Assembly (NCBI GenBank): GCA_964352985.1
Contig: CAYGUK010000005.1
Span: 125 to 64,124, forward strand
DNA length: 64,000 nt
Reading direction: 5' to 3'
Source: an uncultured Legionellales bacterium
GTDB taxonomy: Bacteria; Pseudomonadota; Gammaproteobacteria; JAHCLG01
A program made the translations under genes and the position numbers. Positions 1 through 9,670 of the stretch are shown one piece after another (position 1 is the stretch's first letter; every line of letters begins with the position of its first letter). The notes beneath the pieces were generated by a model that worked only from the letters and a program-made list of their open reading frames with translations, did not search any database and had not been told where the DNA came from.

Positions 1-29
1 GTAACTTATTAATAGGATTTAGTGGTGCT

Positions 30-2228
30 TTGCTTGCTGTTACTGCTATTTTTTTTTCACTTATAGTCTTTTCTATGCAAGTCAATGTTGAACGTATGCC
101 ATACGGTTTATTTAAAAGTTTAAATTCAGATAAAACAATTTTATTTTATTTCCTAATAATTGTGATGTTAGCAGTGTTTATAGGGTTTTTATCGTTAGGG
201 GTAAATAAACAATATATTTTCACATTATTAATTACTTTAATTTGGTGTATATATTTTATATTTTCATTATTAATTTCATCTTATAAACGAGCTTTAGCTT
301 TAATAAATCCAATTGAGCAAATCAATACTATATTAAAATTGGTAAAAAGGGATTGTCAATTTTGGACAAAAGCATCTAATAGAATAAAAAACAAAAAAAA
401 GAACAATGTTACTGACGATGCAACTTCTAATGGCCTAGAGACCAGGAGAGCAGCATTTTTTATCAGAAATCCTCAGTGGGTTGAATCGCCAAAGAATGCA
501 ATTAATTACATATTTTCGTTAGCAATGAACCATGCAAAGTTGGGCGATTACGAAGCCATGCAAGTAGCATTCGAGTCAATCATTGTAATTAATCAATATT
601 ATATTGAAGCTAAAGGATTCACGTTTTATTTTCAACCACCATTTTTTAGTAATCCACTTGCTAATGATGATTTCATTAAAAATACACTACAGAATTACAA
701 ACATTATTATCAATTAATGCTTTCAAACTCGGATGAAAAACAGATTATAATAATTCTTGGCTCCATGAAAAAATTAATTCTCTTGTATCTTTCTATTGAC
801 TATCGTGAACCAATAGCTAATCCAACGCATGCAATGCTCGCTTTATATCAGCTCAATGAGTTTGTCGAGAATTTATATTCTCACGCTGTAATGTTTGCAA
901 ATGCGATTATATATGGAATTCATTCTCAGGCTAACATTGTAATATCAATTATTCATAATAATATTTATATGGATCAGCTATCTATCATTGATGATAAGAT
1001 CGCATTAACTTCTGCAATTATGGTATCACAAGAAAAATCTAGACGCATTGCATTAACTGGTGTTGAGTGTTTAACAAATATTGTTAAGGCTCTATTGACT
1101 AGTGATTTTATAGACATTTCTATTCTAGCTGATAACTTGATGAGCAATTTTTTATTCATCACACGCGAAGTATTAAAAATCAAAGAATACAGTTATGAAA
1201 CAACCCACAGTGACATATTAAGCCATTATTTTGGGACTTCAAAGCAAAATACATTTATCCTTTGGCTAACTAATATTATCAATATACTTGTAAATAGTGA
1301 GTATGTTCTATCAGACTTTACCTATGAAGATTGGTTGGACTTCAAAGACCAAATAAAGGATATGGGTGATTTACCTGTTGGATTAACTAAAAAAATAAGT
1401 GACGTTAATGATGAGAATAAAAAATGGGGTGGCATAAAATTCACTAATGATGAAGTTCAATCAATAATATCTATTGCTAAAAGTAGTAATAATGATGCGT
1501 TGATTAAAAAAGTAGAAGCCAAAACAAAGATATCACATGATGAGGCTGAAAGGATTACTCGGCATGTCAATGCTTGGTCTAAAAATTTGTGGATGTCAAT
1601 AAAAGAGATTTTGCCATTAACAATTGAAAACCGATCTAGCTTAACATCTCATATTGTTCACTGGTCAAGTTATGTTACCATTTTATTACTAAACGTATCT
1701 GAGCTTGATATTTCTCATCAACATTATAGTACTGAGGCAGTGAAAAATGCTTATTTGCTTGGTTCACAATTAATTCATATACCCGATGATAAAGAAACTA
1801 TTGATTTTGTAGCGAATCTTCGCCTAACCGAGGAGTTGCTAAGGATACTTATTGAAATTAATAAATTAGGTTGTTTCCAACACTTAGAAGATTTTAAGAA
1901 AATATTTATATCGTGGATAAATAAACTTACCCTTCTTAAGGGAAACTACCGATTTCAAGAGGCTATACTTGCATTAGCCTATTTCAATTTATTGAATAAA
2001 TTTGATAATGATGTATTTATTAATGATACTAAGCCAATTATACAAAAATATCTTGAACAACAAGGAATCGATGATTTTATCAAAGCATTAGCCAAAAAAG
2101 TAGAGGATATACATAAAGATAGCATGACTGTGCTTTTTATAGAAAAATGTATTAAATCATTAAATGAAGCAGATGTATTAAAGTTATTAAACAATTTAAA
2201 CACAATTGATACACGTAACACGAAATGA
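30..2228 (+). CDS. Large hypothetical protein with N-terminal transmembrane helices and a long helical soluble part. The reading frame is open from the window edge, so it may be 5'-partial.
   Basis: 732-aa ORF. The N-terminal ~80 aa are hydrophobic. No recognisable catalytic motif. The frame is open back to nt 3. Confidence 0.4.
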   Translation: MLAVTAIFFSLIVFSMQVNVERMPYGLFKSLNSDKTILFYFLIIVMLAVFIGFLSLGVNKQYIFTLLITLIWCIYFIFSLLISSYKRALALINPIEQINTILKLVKRDCQFWTKASNRIKNKKKNNVTDDATSNGLETRRAAFFIRNPQWVESPKNAINYIFSLAMNHAKLGDYEAMQVAFESIIVINQYYIEAKGFTFYFQPPFFSNPLANDDFIKNTLQNYKHYYQLMLSNSDEKQIIIILGSMKKLILLYLSIDYREPIANPTHAMLALYQLNEFVENLYSHAVMFANAIIYGIHSQANIVISIIHNNIYMDQLSIIDDKIALTSAIMVSQEKSRRIALTGVECLTNIVKALLTSDFIDISILADNLMSNFLFITREVLKIKEYSYETTHSDILSHYFGTSKQNTFILWLTNIINILVNSEYVLSDFTYEDWLDFKDQIKDMGDLPVGLTKKISDVNDENKKWGGIKFTNDEVQSIISIAKSSNNDALIKKVEAKTKISHDEAERITRHVNAWSKNLWMSIKEILPLTIENRSSLTSHIVHWSSYVTILLLNVSELDISHQHYSTEAVKNAYLLGSQLIHIPDDKETIDFVANLRLTEELLRILIEINKLGCFQHLEDFKKIFISWINKLTLLKGNYRFQEAILALAYFNLLNKFDNDVFINDTKPIIQKYLEQQGIDDFIKALAKKVEDIHKDSMTVLFIEKCIKSLNEADVLKLLNNLNTIDTRNTK

Positions 2229-2301
2229 GAATAATGTGGCGTCCTGCAAAGTGATTAATTCAAATAAACATTAAACATCTGGGAAAACTTTATATTATTA
2301 A

Positions 2302-3051
2302 CTAATCTGTATTTTTAGTTGAGTCTAATATCTGAGATAAATATTTTAAACAAGATTTGTCTTTTAAATCGAGCTGAAATGTACTTCTAACTGCTTCAAA
2401 AGCCAGATCGAGATACTTAGCTGATAACAATAAATAGTGTTCGTCAGAAATCCATGTTTCTGCTAAGCTACCTGGTATAAAATGAAATTTATGTAATGCT
2501 TGTTTACATCTCATCACGTCATATTTGCCAACATGATGCCATTGATTATGAACTGCTGCTGAAAAAGGGTCGAAAGCTCCATCATACAAATCTTTTAAAT
2601 CAACGTCTTCTGACATTTTTCTAATATCGGTGCCACTCCAGCTTCCGAGGTTAAGGTTGATAAATTCTTCACGTCTTTGACTGTTTAACCATTGGTCTAA
2701 ATATTCATTAATTTTATAGTTAGGATTGGAAGGGTACATTTTTTCTTTTACTAATTGGTGTCGCCCTAGACCATATTCAATAAACTGTTGGGTGCGATTG
2801 TCTAGATCTAAGATAATCCACTTTAATGTTATTATTAACTCTACCATTGGCCTTAAAATTAATGGGGCAAGGTGAGGAGTTAATAAAATATTTGATTCTG
2901 CCATTGAAACCGCTAGTATTAACTGTCTATGCAATAAGCCACCGACAACATCATATCTATGCGAATTATTTAGATCATATTGTAAATTTCCCCAAATATT
3001 CGCTAAATAGGTTTCGCAATGTTCAATATATTTATCAAGAATTAAATTCAT
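2302..3051 (-). CDS. Hypothetical protein.
   Basis: 249-aa ORF with no recognisable motifs. Co-oriented with the two ORFs upstream of it. Confidence 0.3.
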   Translation of the reverse strand: MNLILDKYIEHCETYLANIWGNLQYDLNNSHRYDVVGGLLHRQLILAVSMAESNILLTPHLAPLILRPMVELIITLKWIILDLDNRTQQFIEYGLGRHQLVKEKMYPSNPNYKINEYLDQWLNSQRREEFINLNLGSWSGTDIRKMSEDVDLKDLYDGAFDPFSAAVHNQWHHVGKYDVMRCKQALHKFHFIPGSLAETWISDEHYLLLSAKYLDLAFEAVRSTFQLDLKDKSCLKYLSQILDSTKNTD

Positions 3052-3069
3052 ATATTTTCCTATATTTTA

Positions 3070-3282
3070 TTAGCAATTTATTAGCATATAATTAGTTGTC
3101 CAAAATTGTTCGATCCAAGTTTTATTCGAAATAAATTGATTCATCATTGCATTAATTGTTGCTTTTAGTTTTGTAAATTCAGCAGTAAAATCATTATGCC
3201 AAGGCTGCTGTGTTATGAGATTTATATCAGGAGGGGTGGTTTTACCATTTAAATACTTAATAGTACCTTTCTCTAAAAGCAT
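3070..3282 (-). CDS. Small hypothetical protein. It may be a fragment of a disrupted larger gene together with 3316..3795 and 2302..3051.
   Basis: 70-aa ORF. It is contiguous and co-oriented with its neighbours, separated only by short gaps. Confidence 0.2.
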   Translation of the reverse strand: MLLEKGTIKYLNGKTTPPDINLITQQPWHNDFTAEFTKLKATINAMMNQFISNKTWIEQFWTTNYMLINC

Positions 3283-3315
3283 AAAGAAAAAAGAGCACTG
3301 TGTATCAATTGATAG

Positions 3316-3795
3316 TCAACTATTTCTGTTACTGGAATTATTTACAATTTTATCTAATTTATTTATTGAAGAATATTTAGTTATAGCAACTCTTGCGGTA
3401 TCTAAGTAAGTGTATAAATTTTGAATTTCGTATACTATTCCTAATAAACCAAATACGTCGCTAATTTGACCAATAAATTGGTTTTTAAGCGCATAATTTT
3501 TAAATTCTATGTGTGTTTCTGGTGATAGATTAATAAAGTCTGAAATTAAAAATTGAAAATTTCTTGTATCTTTAAAATATAGAGACATTTTTTGTAAAAT
3601 TTTTACGGATGACTCTATTTCGATTTGATCATTTAGTAAAATTAGCCAAATTAGTTCAGGAACCATATCTTCAAACCAGCTAATTTCCACTAAATCTAGA
3701 TAATGATTATACGGTGAATACATAACTTTACCGCGTGTGACATACTTCTTTTTCCAATCCATTGCTGCTTGCTTTAAACGTTCTAGTACTTTCAA
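3316..3795 (-). CDS. Hypothetical protein.
   Basis: 159-aa ORF, no motif recognised. Confidence 0.3.
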   Translation of the reverse strand: MKVLERLKQAAMDWKKKYVTRGKVMYSPYNHYLDLVEISWFEDMVPELIWLILLNDQIEIESSVKILQKMSLYFKDTRNFQFLISDFINLSPETHIEFKNYALKNQFIGQISDVFGLLGIVYEIQNLYTYLDTARVAITKYSSINKLDKIVNNSSNRNS

Positions 3796-4048
3796 TTATG
3801 GAGCATAATCAAATGTTTTGATAGATTCTGATTTGACATATTTAAATTTGGTGCGAATTTTAAATATGATACTGTTTAATAACATTTGGAATATCATTTA
3901 TTTATACAATGCATGCATTAAGTGTTTTGGTTTTAATCTTATTTTCAATAATGAAACTTTGCTCTGAATATGTCGTCAGAAACCGCTAGTGTTGTTTTTC
4001 TTTTTATACTGTTTTTAAAAAGGTGAAGCTCAGTTTATATCAGATGTA

Positions 4049-4150
4049 TTAACGTTCACTTTCGGAATTCGTTTGATAGTGAACGTGAACACATATATGC
4101 TTGTGTTCACGTTCACTTTTAGATAGAATTCAATTGTGAACGTGAACACA
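4049..4150. promoter_or_regulatory. Operator-like cluster of a 15-bp GTGAACGTGAACACA motif (direct, inverted, direct, plus a half-site) immediately upstream of the ATPase gene.
   Basis: GTGAACGTGAACACA at 4079-4093. Its reverse complement TGTGTTCACGTTCAC is at 4102-4116. TGTGAACGTGAACACA is at 4135-4150. A half-site AACGTTCAC is at 4051-4060. The start codon is at 4167. Confidence 0.5.
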
Positions 4151-4166
4151 AAGGTATTGTATTGTA

Positions 4167-5639
4167 ATGAAGATAATAGGTAGAGAAGAAGAAACCAAGA
4201 TTCTTGATGAGGTTTTTAAATCTAATAACGCAGAGTTTTTAGCTCTATATGGGAGAAGAAGGGTTGGAAAAACGTTTCTGATCAAAAATTACTTTAAAGG
4301 GAAAAAAGTCGTATTCTTTTTTATTACAGGTGAAAAGGATGCGCCAATGAACCAGCAAATAGCGCACTTTACTAAACAAATTAGTGATGTATTTTATGAG
4401 GGTGTCGAATTGCTACCAAAAAATAACTGGGATGAAACATTCGATCTATTAACTAAAGCAATTAATAAGAAAGATATTAAGAGCAAAAAAATAATTTTGT
4501 TTTTTGATGAGTTTCCTTGGATGGCTACACGTAACTCAAAATTATTACAGAACCTGGATTATTACTGGAATCAATATTGGGTAGATAATGACAAGTTAAA
4601 ATTAATCATTTGTGGGTCAGCAGCCTCTTGGATTATCAATAATATTGTTAATAATAAAGGTGGGTTACATAATCGAATTACAAGGAATATCTGTTTAGAA
4701 CCGCTAAAATTACCAGCAACTAAAAACTTTTTAAAGGCAAATGGGGTTATGTTAGATAATAAACACATTGTTGATTTATATATGAGTATGGGAGGAGTTC
4801 CATATTATTTGAAACAGATAAAACCTGGGCAATCTTCTACACAGATCATAGAATCATTAGCATTTAGGAAAAACGGATTTTTATTAGCAGAGTTCAATAA
4901 TTTATTTGCTTCTCTATTTAAAGACGGCGAAATATATGAAGAAATTATTCGAAATATTGCCTCGCGCAGATATGGAATAGGCAAAAAGGAATTGTTAAAG
5001 GCCATGGGCAAAAATATGGTCGGCAAAGGTGGCTTGGAAAAACTAAATGCTTTAAAACAAGCTGGTTTTATTATGGACTTTAAACCACACTCACATAAAG
5101 AAAAAGGAATTTATTATAAACTAATCGATAATTACACATTATTTTATTTGTATTGGATAGCACCAGTTTATGACACCTTGCTTACTAAAAGTCTAGCTAA
5201 AGGTTATTGGAGTAAAATGAAAAAAATGCCTACGTGGCGAAGTTGGTCAGGTTTAGCTTTTGAATCTATTTGTCATGAACATATACCGCAAATAATGAAT
5301 GCACTTGATTTAAGTCCGTCTGCTATACCAAGTACTTGGCGATACGTTCCGAGAAATACGGATGAAAATGATGGAGCTCAAATTGATTTGCTGTTTGATC
5401 GCGATGATGATGTAATCACATTATGTGAAATAAAATATACAGAAAATCTGTTCACTATTACTAAAGACTATGCTGAAAATTTAAAGAAAAAAGTTGAGGT
5501 GTATAGGAAAATAACAAGAACAAATAAACAATTGTTTATTACATTGATTTCAGCAAATGGAGTTAAAGTGAATAAATATTCAAAAGAGCTAATTAGTGGG
5601 GTAGTGACGCTGGATGACTTATTCAAAGACATCCAATAA
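4167..5639 (+). CDS. AAA+ ATPase of the archaeal-type ATPase / DUF234 family (ATP-binding protein).
   Basis: The N-terminus 'IGREEE..LALYGRRRVGKTFLIKNYF' (P-loop GRRRVGKT) and the DEFPW (DExx) motif fit the PF01637-type ATPase family. Confidence 0.7.
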   Translation: MKIIGREEETKILDEVFKSNNAEFLALYGRRRVGKTFLIKNYFKGKKVVFFFITGEKDAPMNQQIAHFTKQISDVFYEGVELLPKNNWDETFDLLTKAINKKDIKSKKIILFFDEFPWMATRNSKLLQNLDYYWNQYWVDNDKLKLIICGSAASWIINNIVNNKGGLHNRITRNICLEPLKLPATKNFLKANGVMLDNKHIVDLYMSMGGVPYYLKQIKPGQSSTQIIESLAFRKNGFLLAEFNNLFASLFKDGEIYEEIIRNIASRRYGIGKKELLKAMGKNMVGKGGLEKLNALKQAGFIMDFKPHSHKEKGIYYKLIDNYTLFYLYWIAPVYDTLLTKSLAKGYWSKMKKMPTWRSWSGLAFESICHEHIPQIMNALDLSPSAIPSTWRYVPRNTDENDGAQIDLLFDRDDDVITLCEIKYTENLFTITKDYAENLKKKVEVYRKITRTNKQLFITLISANGVKVNKYSKELISGVVTLDDLFKDIQ

Positions 5640-5641
5640 GT

Positions 5642-6256
5642 GTGATAATTTTTATTATCACACTTATTGTGGTAAGCTATATACTACTAGGGGTAACGAT
5701 AAATAGCTGCTTTTCCAGCATTTTATACCATAGTAGAAAAGGATGTATTATGTGGTTTCAAATTATTACTACTGTAGCAAGTATATTAGCAATCATTGTT
5801 AGCATTGTTTCCTTAATGATTAGTTATAAATCAAGTAAAGCATCTGAGAAATCAGCAGAGTCAGCAAAGATATCTGCTGGTGAGTCAATGCGAGCTAACA
5901 ATATTGCACGTGCTGATATTATTAGACCAATCTCAACAAATTTAATAAATTTTTTGAAATTCCTCAATAACGAAGAAAAATGGACAACCATGGAAGAAAT
6001 AAAGTTAGTTCGAGAATCAATACATGAATTACGTTCATTAGTTTCTGGTAATAAAGAATTGCTTGAATTACTTAACATTATAGATACATGGTTAAATAAT
6101 GATTTTAGCCAAGTAATTACACAATATGAAAATAATAATAATAAAACAAAATTTGGGAAACCTCGTAATTTTTTTGATGATAACATTGAAATAATTGGAC
6201 AAGTTAAACTTGATTTTCAAAATATTATGCAGAAACTTATGAATTTAGATTATTAG
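5642..6256 (+). CDS. Hypothetical membrane-anchored protein.
   Basis: 204-aa ORF with two N-terminal hydrophobic segments, then a helical region. Confidence 0.35.
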   Translation: MIIFIITLIVVSYILLGVTINSCFSSILYHSRKGCIMWFQIITTVASILAIIVSIVSLMISYKSSKASEKSAESAKISAGESMRANNIARADIIRPISTNLINFLKFLNNEEKWTTMEEIKLVRESIHELRSLVSGNKELLELLNIIDTWLNNDFSQVITQYENNNNKTKFGKPRNFFDDNIEIIGQVKLDFQNIMQKLMNLDY

Positions 6257-6349
6257 ATTATTGGTTGTTGAATATGTTGATATTGATTTTATTGCCATTA
6301 GTTGTAGTTATTACATAACTATAAATTGTTATATTATTAGGAATTTACT

Positions 6350-6733
6350 TTGATGAAAGTATTTAATCATGTTCAGATTAAGGTCAGCAACTTAACAAAC
6401 AGTAAATTATTTTATGATGCAATAATGAATATTTTAGGTCATGATGTTGTTCTATTTATTGATAAGACCGTTATTGGTTATGGAACTACAGTTCATGATA
6501 TGTTTGAAATAAGACTTGCTACCAATGAAACACCATTATCATCAGCCGTTCATATCGCTTTTAATGCGCCGACTCTACAAAGTGTCGATGAGTTTTATTG
6601 GACCGCAATTGGTAAAGGCGGTAAATGTAATGGTAAGCCTGGATTTAGAAAAGAATATGAAAAAGGATATTACGCTGCTTTTGTTACCGATCCAGATGGA
6701 CATAATGTCGAAGCTGTTTATAGCGTGAAATAA
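6350..6733 (+). CDS. VOC (glyoxalase/bleomycin-resistance/dioxygenase) family protein.
   Basis: 127 aa. N-terminal 'FNHVQIKVSNL..S..FY' and C-terminal 'YAAFVTDPDGHNVEAVY' are typical of the VOC fold. Confidence 0.55.
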   Translation: MMKVFNHVQIKVSNLTNSKLFYDAIMNILGHDVVLFIDKTVIGYGTTVHDMFEIRLATNETPLSSAVHIAFNAPTLQSVDEFYWTAIGKGGKCNGKPGFRKEYEKGYYAAFVTDPDGHNVEAVYSVK

Positions 6734-6749
6734 TTGATGCAATAATTAA

Positions 6750-7433
6750 TTGCCATCGGTTAATTTATTATTGCTGTATAAGGGGATTGTTATGGCAAGT
6801 ATTTTAGTGCATGGCTATCGAATTAAAGTAGATTGGTATGATTCACTGATTAATAGTTTTCTATTTTTGTGGGATTGTAATGAAACAGGTGTTAGAAAAA
6901 TACCGAGAAATGTTTGGGATCATAAATTTGCTATTGCGTATATCGCTACAGGAACTTTGTTGCTTCCCATTGCTTGGTTATTAAGCCATATTCCGTTTAT
7001 TTGGCCTGAATCAATGGCTTTTTTCTTATTTTTTATTTGTGTCATTATTTTGATAAAGCCCTATGCCGATCCTTTCAGAGCGTTGATTGGCTTACTCATA
7101 GGTGGGCTATTATTGTATTTTAATGTTACGTTTGATTGGACAATATTTGGATATCATCTTGAAAAATACTTGTATTACTGCATGATTGTGACCAGTATCT
7201 TTGCACTGTGGCGGCGTTTTGTTAATTGGACATGTTGGGCTCAGATTGATCGTATTTGTAAAAAATATAATTTTCCGCATTATGATCAAAAAACTCTAAT
7301 GGATAATTATGAAGGTATTGATACTCACTATGGTGAAAAATTGGTGACTTATGATAATTATGATGATGCCATGACGAAACAACAACGGTTTCGTAAAATA
7401 AATGATCCATCCACTGAGATTGAAAATAATTAA
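6750..7433 (+). CDS. Hypothetical integral membrane protein.
   Basis: 227 aa with several hydrophobic helices. Its stop overlaps the start of the following recombinase gene. Confidence 0.35.
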   Translation: MPSVNLLLLYKGIVMASILVHGYRIKVDWYDSLINSFLFLWDCNETGVRKIPRNVWDHKFAIAYIATGTLLLPIAWLLSHIPFIWPESMAFFLFFICVIILIKPYADPFRALIGLLIGGLLLYFNVTFDWTIFGYHLEKYLYYCMIVTSIFALWRRFVNWTCWAQIDRICKKYNFPHYDQKTLMDNYEGIDTHYGEKLVTYDNYDDAMTKQQRFRKINDPSTEIENN

Positions 7434-8668
7434 TGAAGCGTGGATCTAAAAAAACAAGTCTTGCTTCACCACTAGCATTATTTGATGCAGTGGAATATTT
7501 AGATGAAACGATTCCTGTTAATATAAAAAGCGATCATGATTTTCAATTTTCGACACAATTTTTACAATCTTATAAGGGCAGTAAAGCCACATTTAATACT
7601 TATCGACGTGAAGTTGAACGTTTAATACAATGGACATGGTTTGTTCGTAATAAAACATTACGTGAAATCAAAAGGCAAGATATCGAAGATTATATTGAAT
7701 TTTGTCAAAAACCACCACGCACATGGATTGGTGTTAAGAAACCCCCTCGCTTTATTCTTCAAGAAGGACAACGAAGACAAAACCCTGAGTGGCGACCATT
7801 TAATGTAACCGTCTCAAAATCCGCTAACCGTGCAGGAGTAGAGCCAGATCCTAAACTGTTTGAATTTTCCAATGCTGCAATAAAAGATTTATTAGCAGTG
7901 CTCAGCACATTTTATAATTTTTTAATTGCTGAAGATTATACGGAAATTAATCCTATTTTACAGATCCGGCAAAAAAGTCGATTTGTTCAAAAATCACAAG
8001 CTAATATAAAACAAATACGACGATTAAGTGAATTACAATGGCGCTATGTGATCAATACTGCTGAGCGTTTAGCTGAAACCAATCCTGAGTTACATCAACG
8101 AACACTTTTTATGATGAATGCCCTATTTGGCATGTATTTGCGAATTTCAGAGCTGGTATCAAGTGAACGATGGTCGCCAAAAATGTGCGATTTTTATCGC
8201 GATCAATATAATAATTGGTGGTTTGTTACTGTGGGTAAAGGTAATAAAAAACGTCAAATCGCTGTGAGTAATGCTATGTTAAAAGCACTTAAACAATGGC
8301 GAAAATATTTAGGGTTATCGCCACTACCCTCGCCTGCCGATCAAAGTCCTTTATTGCCAAAGTCAAAAGGCCATGGGCCAATCACGAGCACGACTTATGT
8401 CCGTAGACTAGTACAGTTGTGTTTTGATGAGGCAAGTGATTTGCTTAAGGCGGATAATCAAACAGAAGAAGCCGATGCTTTATTAGATGTAACAGTCCAT
8501 TGGCTGAGGCACACAGGAATATCAGAAGATGTTAAAATAAGACCTCGTGAGCATGTCAGAGATGACGCAGGTCATAGTTCAAGTGCGATTACTGATCATT
8601 ATATTGATATTGAGTTAAAGGCGCGCCATCGTAGCGCTAAAACGAAACGAATTAAACCAGATGAATAG
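7433..8668 (+). CDS. Tyrosine site-specific recombinase (integrase family). Homologous to 13354..14592.
   Basis: The C-terminus 'HWLRHTGIS...GHSSSAITDHYIDI' carries the R-H-R-Y box pattern. The N-terminal region shares 'ERLI(L)QW...NP(E/K)WRPF' with the recombinase at 13354..14592. Confidence 0.75.
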   Translation: MKRGSKKTSLASPLALFDAVEYLDETIPVNIKSDHDFQFSTQFLQSYKGSKATFNTYRREVERLIQWTWFVRNKTLREIKRQDIEDYIEFCQKPPRTWIGVKKPPRFILQEGQRRQNPEWRPFNVTVSKSANRAGVEPDPKLFEFSNAAIKDLLAVLSTFYNFLIAEDYTEINPILQIRQKSRFVQKSQANIKQIRRLSELQWRYVINTAERLAETNPELHQRTLFMMNALFGMYLRISELVSSERWSPKMCDFYRDQYNNWWFVTVGKGNKKRQIAVSNAMLKALKQWRKYLGLSPLPSPADQSPLLPKSKGHGPITSTTYVRRLVQLCFDEASDLLKADNQTEEADALLDVTVHWLRHTGISEDVKIRPREHVRDDAGHSSSAITDHYIDIELKARHRSAKTKRIKPDE

Positions 8669-8685
8669 AATGCAGGTCAAAAACA

Positions 8686-9564
8686 GTGTATAGAGTTAAT
8701 TATATTCAAGATGGTGATAGTCAAGTCGTTGATGCGTTGTGGGTTGATTCTCGTTCAGATGATGAAATTAAAATGATGCGTGATCATTTTTTCTGTCCCG
8801 ATTGTGGCGTGCAAATGACTTTTTTTACTCGCTCCGATAGTGGCACAAATGCTCATTTTAAAACGCGCGTTAAAAAGAGGCATGATAAAAACTGTTCTAA
8901 AGTAACGATTTTATCAATAGACGATGCAACAGAAGAAATAAGACATATAATTAATGACGTTCAAAAAGCTATTCAAGAGACGGATTTTTTCAAGGTGGTG
9001 TTTTCACCAACGACTCATGATGACGAAGACCAAACCTTTCAGCAGGAAGATGAGTCTGATGAAGGTAAAATAGTTATTCGTAGTCAAACACCACGTGATT
9101 ATCATTCGAAAGAACCGGCTAAACGTTGTTATACAGGTGTTTCATTAAAACGCATATTAATTTTGTTGGTACATGATGAATTAGAGAAATTACAAAAAAA
9201 AGTGAAGGTTAAAGCGGACATAGGTGATAAGTATCTCGAGTTTAATGTCTCGAACTATTTTATTCGATTAGAGCAAGCAACAACACAAAAATTCAGTCGT
9301 TGCTATTGGGGAAAAATTTCAACAATCTCATCTGGCTATCAATATATTAATACCGATCAAGATTATAGTAATCAAGTCATAATTATTATTGATGAAGCGA
9401 TCAGAGAAAAATTAGCTAAACGATATCGATTTAAAGAGAATAAAACTCTGAAAAACACTTATGTTATTATTCATTCTACATGTAAAGGTAAGGAGAATGG
9501 TAAGCGGTGGATCAATGTGGATTCACTTGCCGATATTTCGATTCAACGAATTAGGCCAAAATAG
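8686..9564 (+). CDS. Hypothetical protein with an N-terminal CxxC zinc-ribbon-like motif, possibly CoiA-like.
   Basis: 'FFCPDCGV...NAHFKTR...H..NCS' loosely resembles the CoiA N-terminus (CP.C...HFAH). The family assignment is weak. Confidence 0.3.
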   Translation: MYRVNYIQDGDSQVVDALWVDSRSDDEIKMMRDHFFCPDCGVQMTFFTRSDSGTNAHFKTRVKKRHDKNCSKVTILSIDDATEEIRHIINDVQKAIQETDFFKVVFSPTTHDDEDQTFQQEDESDEGKIVIRSQTPRDYHSKEPAKRCYTGVSLKRILILLVHDELEKLQKKVKVKADIGDKYLEFNVSNYFIRLEQATTQKFSRCYWGKISTISSGYQYINTDQDYSNQVIIIIDEAIREKLAKRYRFKENKTLKNTYVIIHSTCKGKENGKRWINVDSLADISIQRIRPK

Positions 9565-9670
9565 TTATGATATATCTGTAAATTACTTGATATTTATCTA
9601 CTTGTTACGTTTTGTAGGAAATTATACGTTTAAGTAGAGAGTAATTTAATTTATAATTATTTCATTTTGC

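Noticed and set aside
974-2221. Antisense ORFs inside the 732-aa gene (974-1183, 1979-2221) and similar antisense ORFs elsewhere (2826-3095, 3215-3409, 4571-5026, 5824-6186, 7222-7410, 9947-10288, 10305-10496, 13643-13864, 30587-30790, 31512-32078, 32626-32817, 35621-36262, 37686-38030, 40062-41205, 41492-42012, 42620-42820, 43211-43465, 43668-43988, 44193-44411, 50962-51225, 52420-52614, 54516-54737, 55035-55355, 58352-58612, 59702-59890, 61806-62000, 63497-63706).
   Set aside because: They overlap better-supported genes on the other strand or on the same strand. AT-rich DNA yields many chance ORFs. No independent support.
6516-6728. 70-aa ORF inside the VOC-family gene in another frame.
   Set aside because: It is nested within a gene that has a clear family signature.
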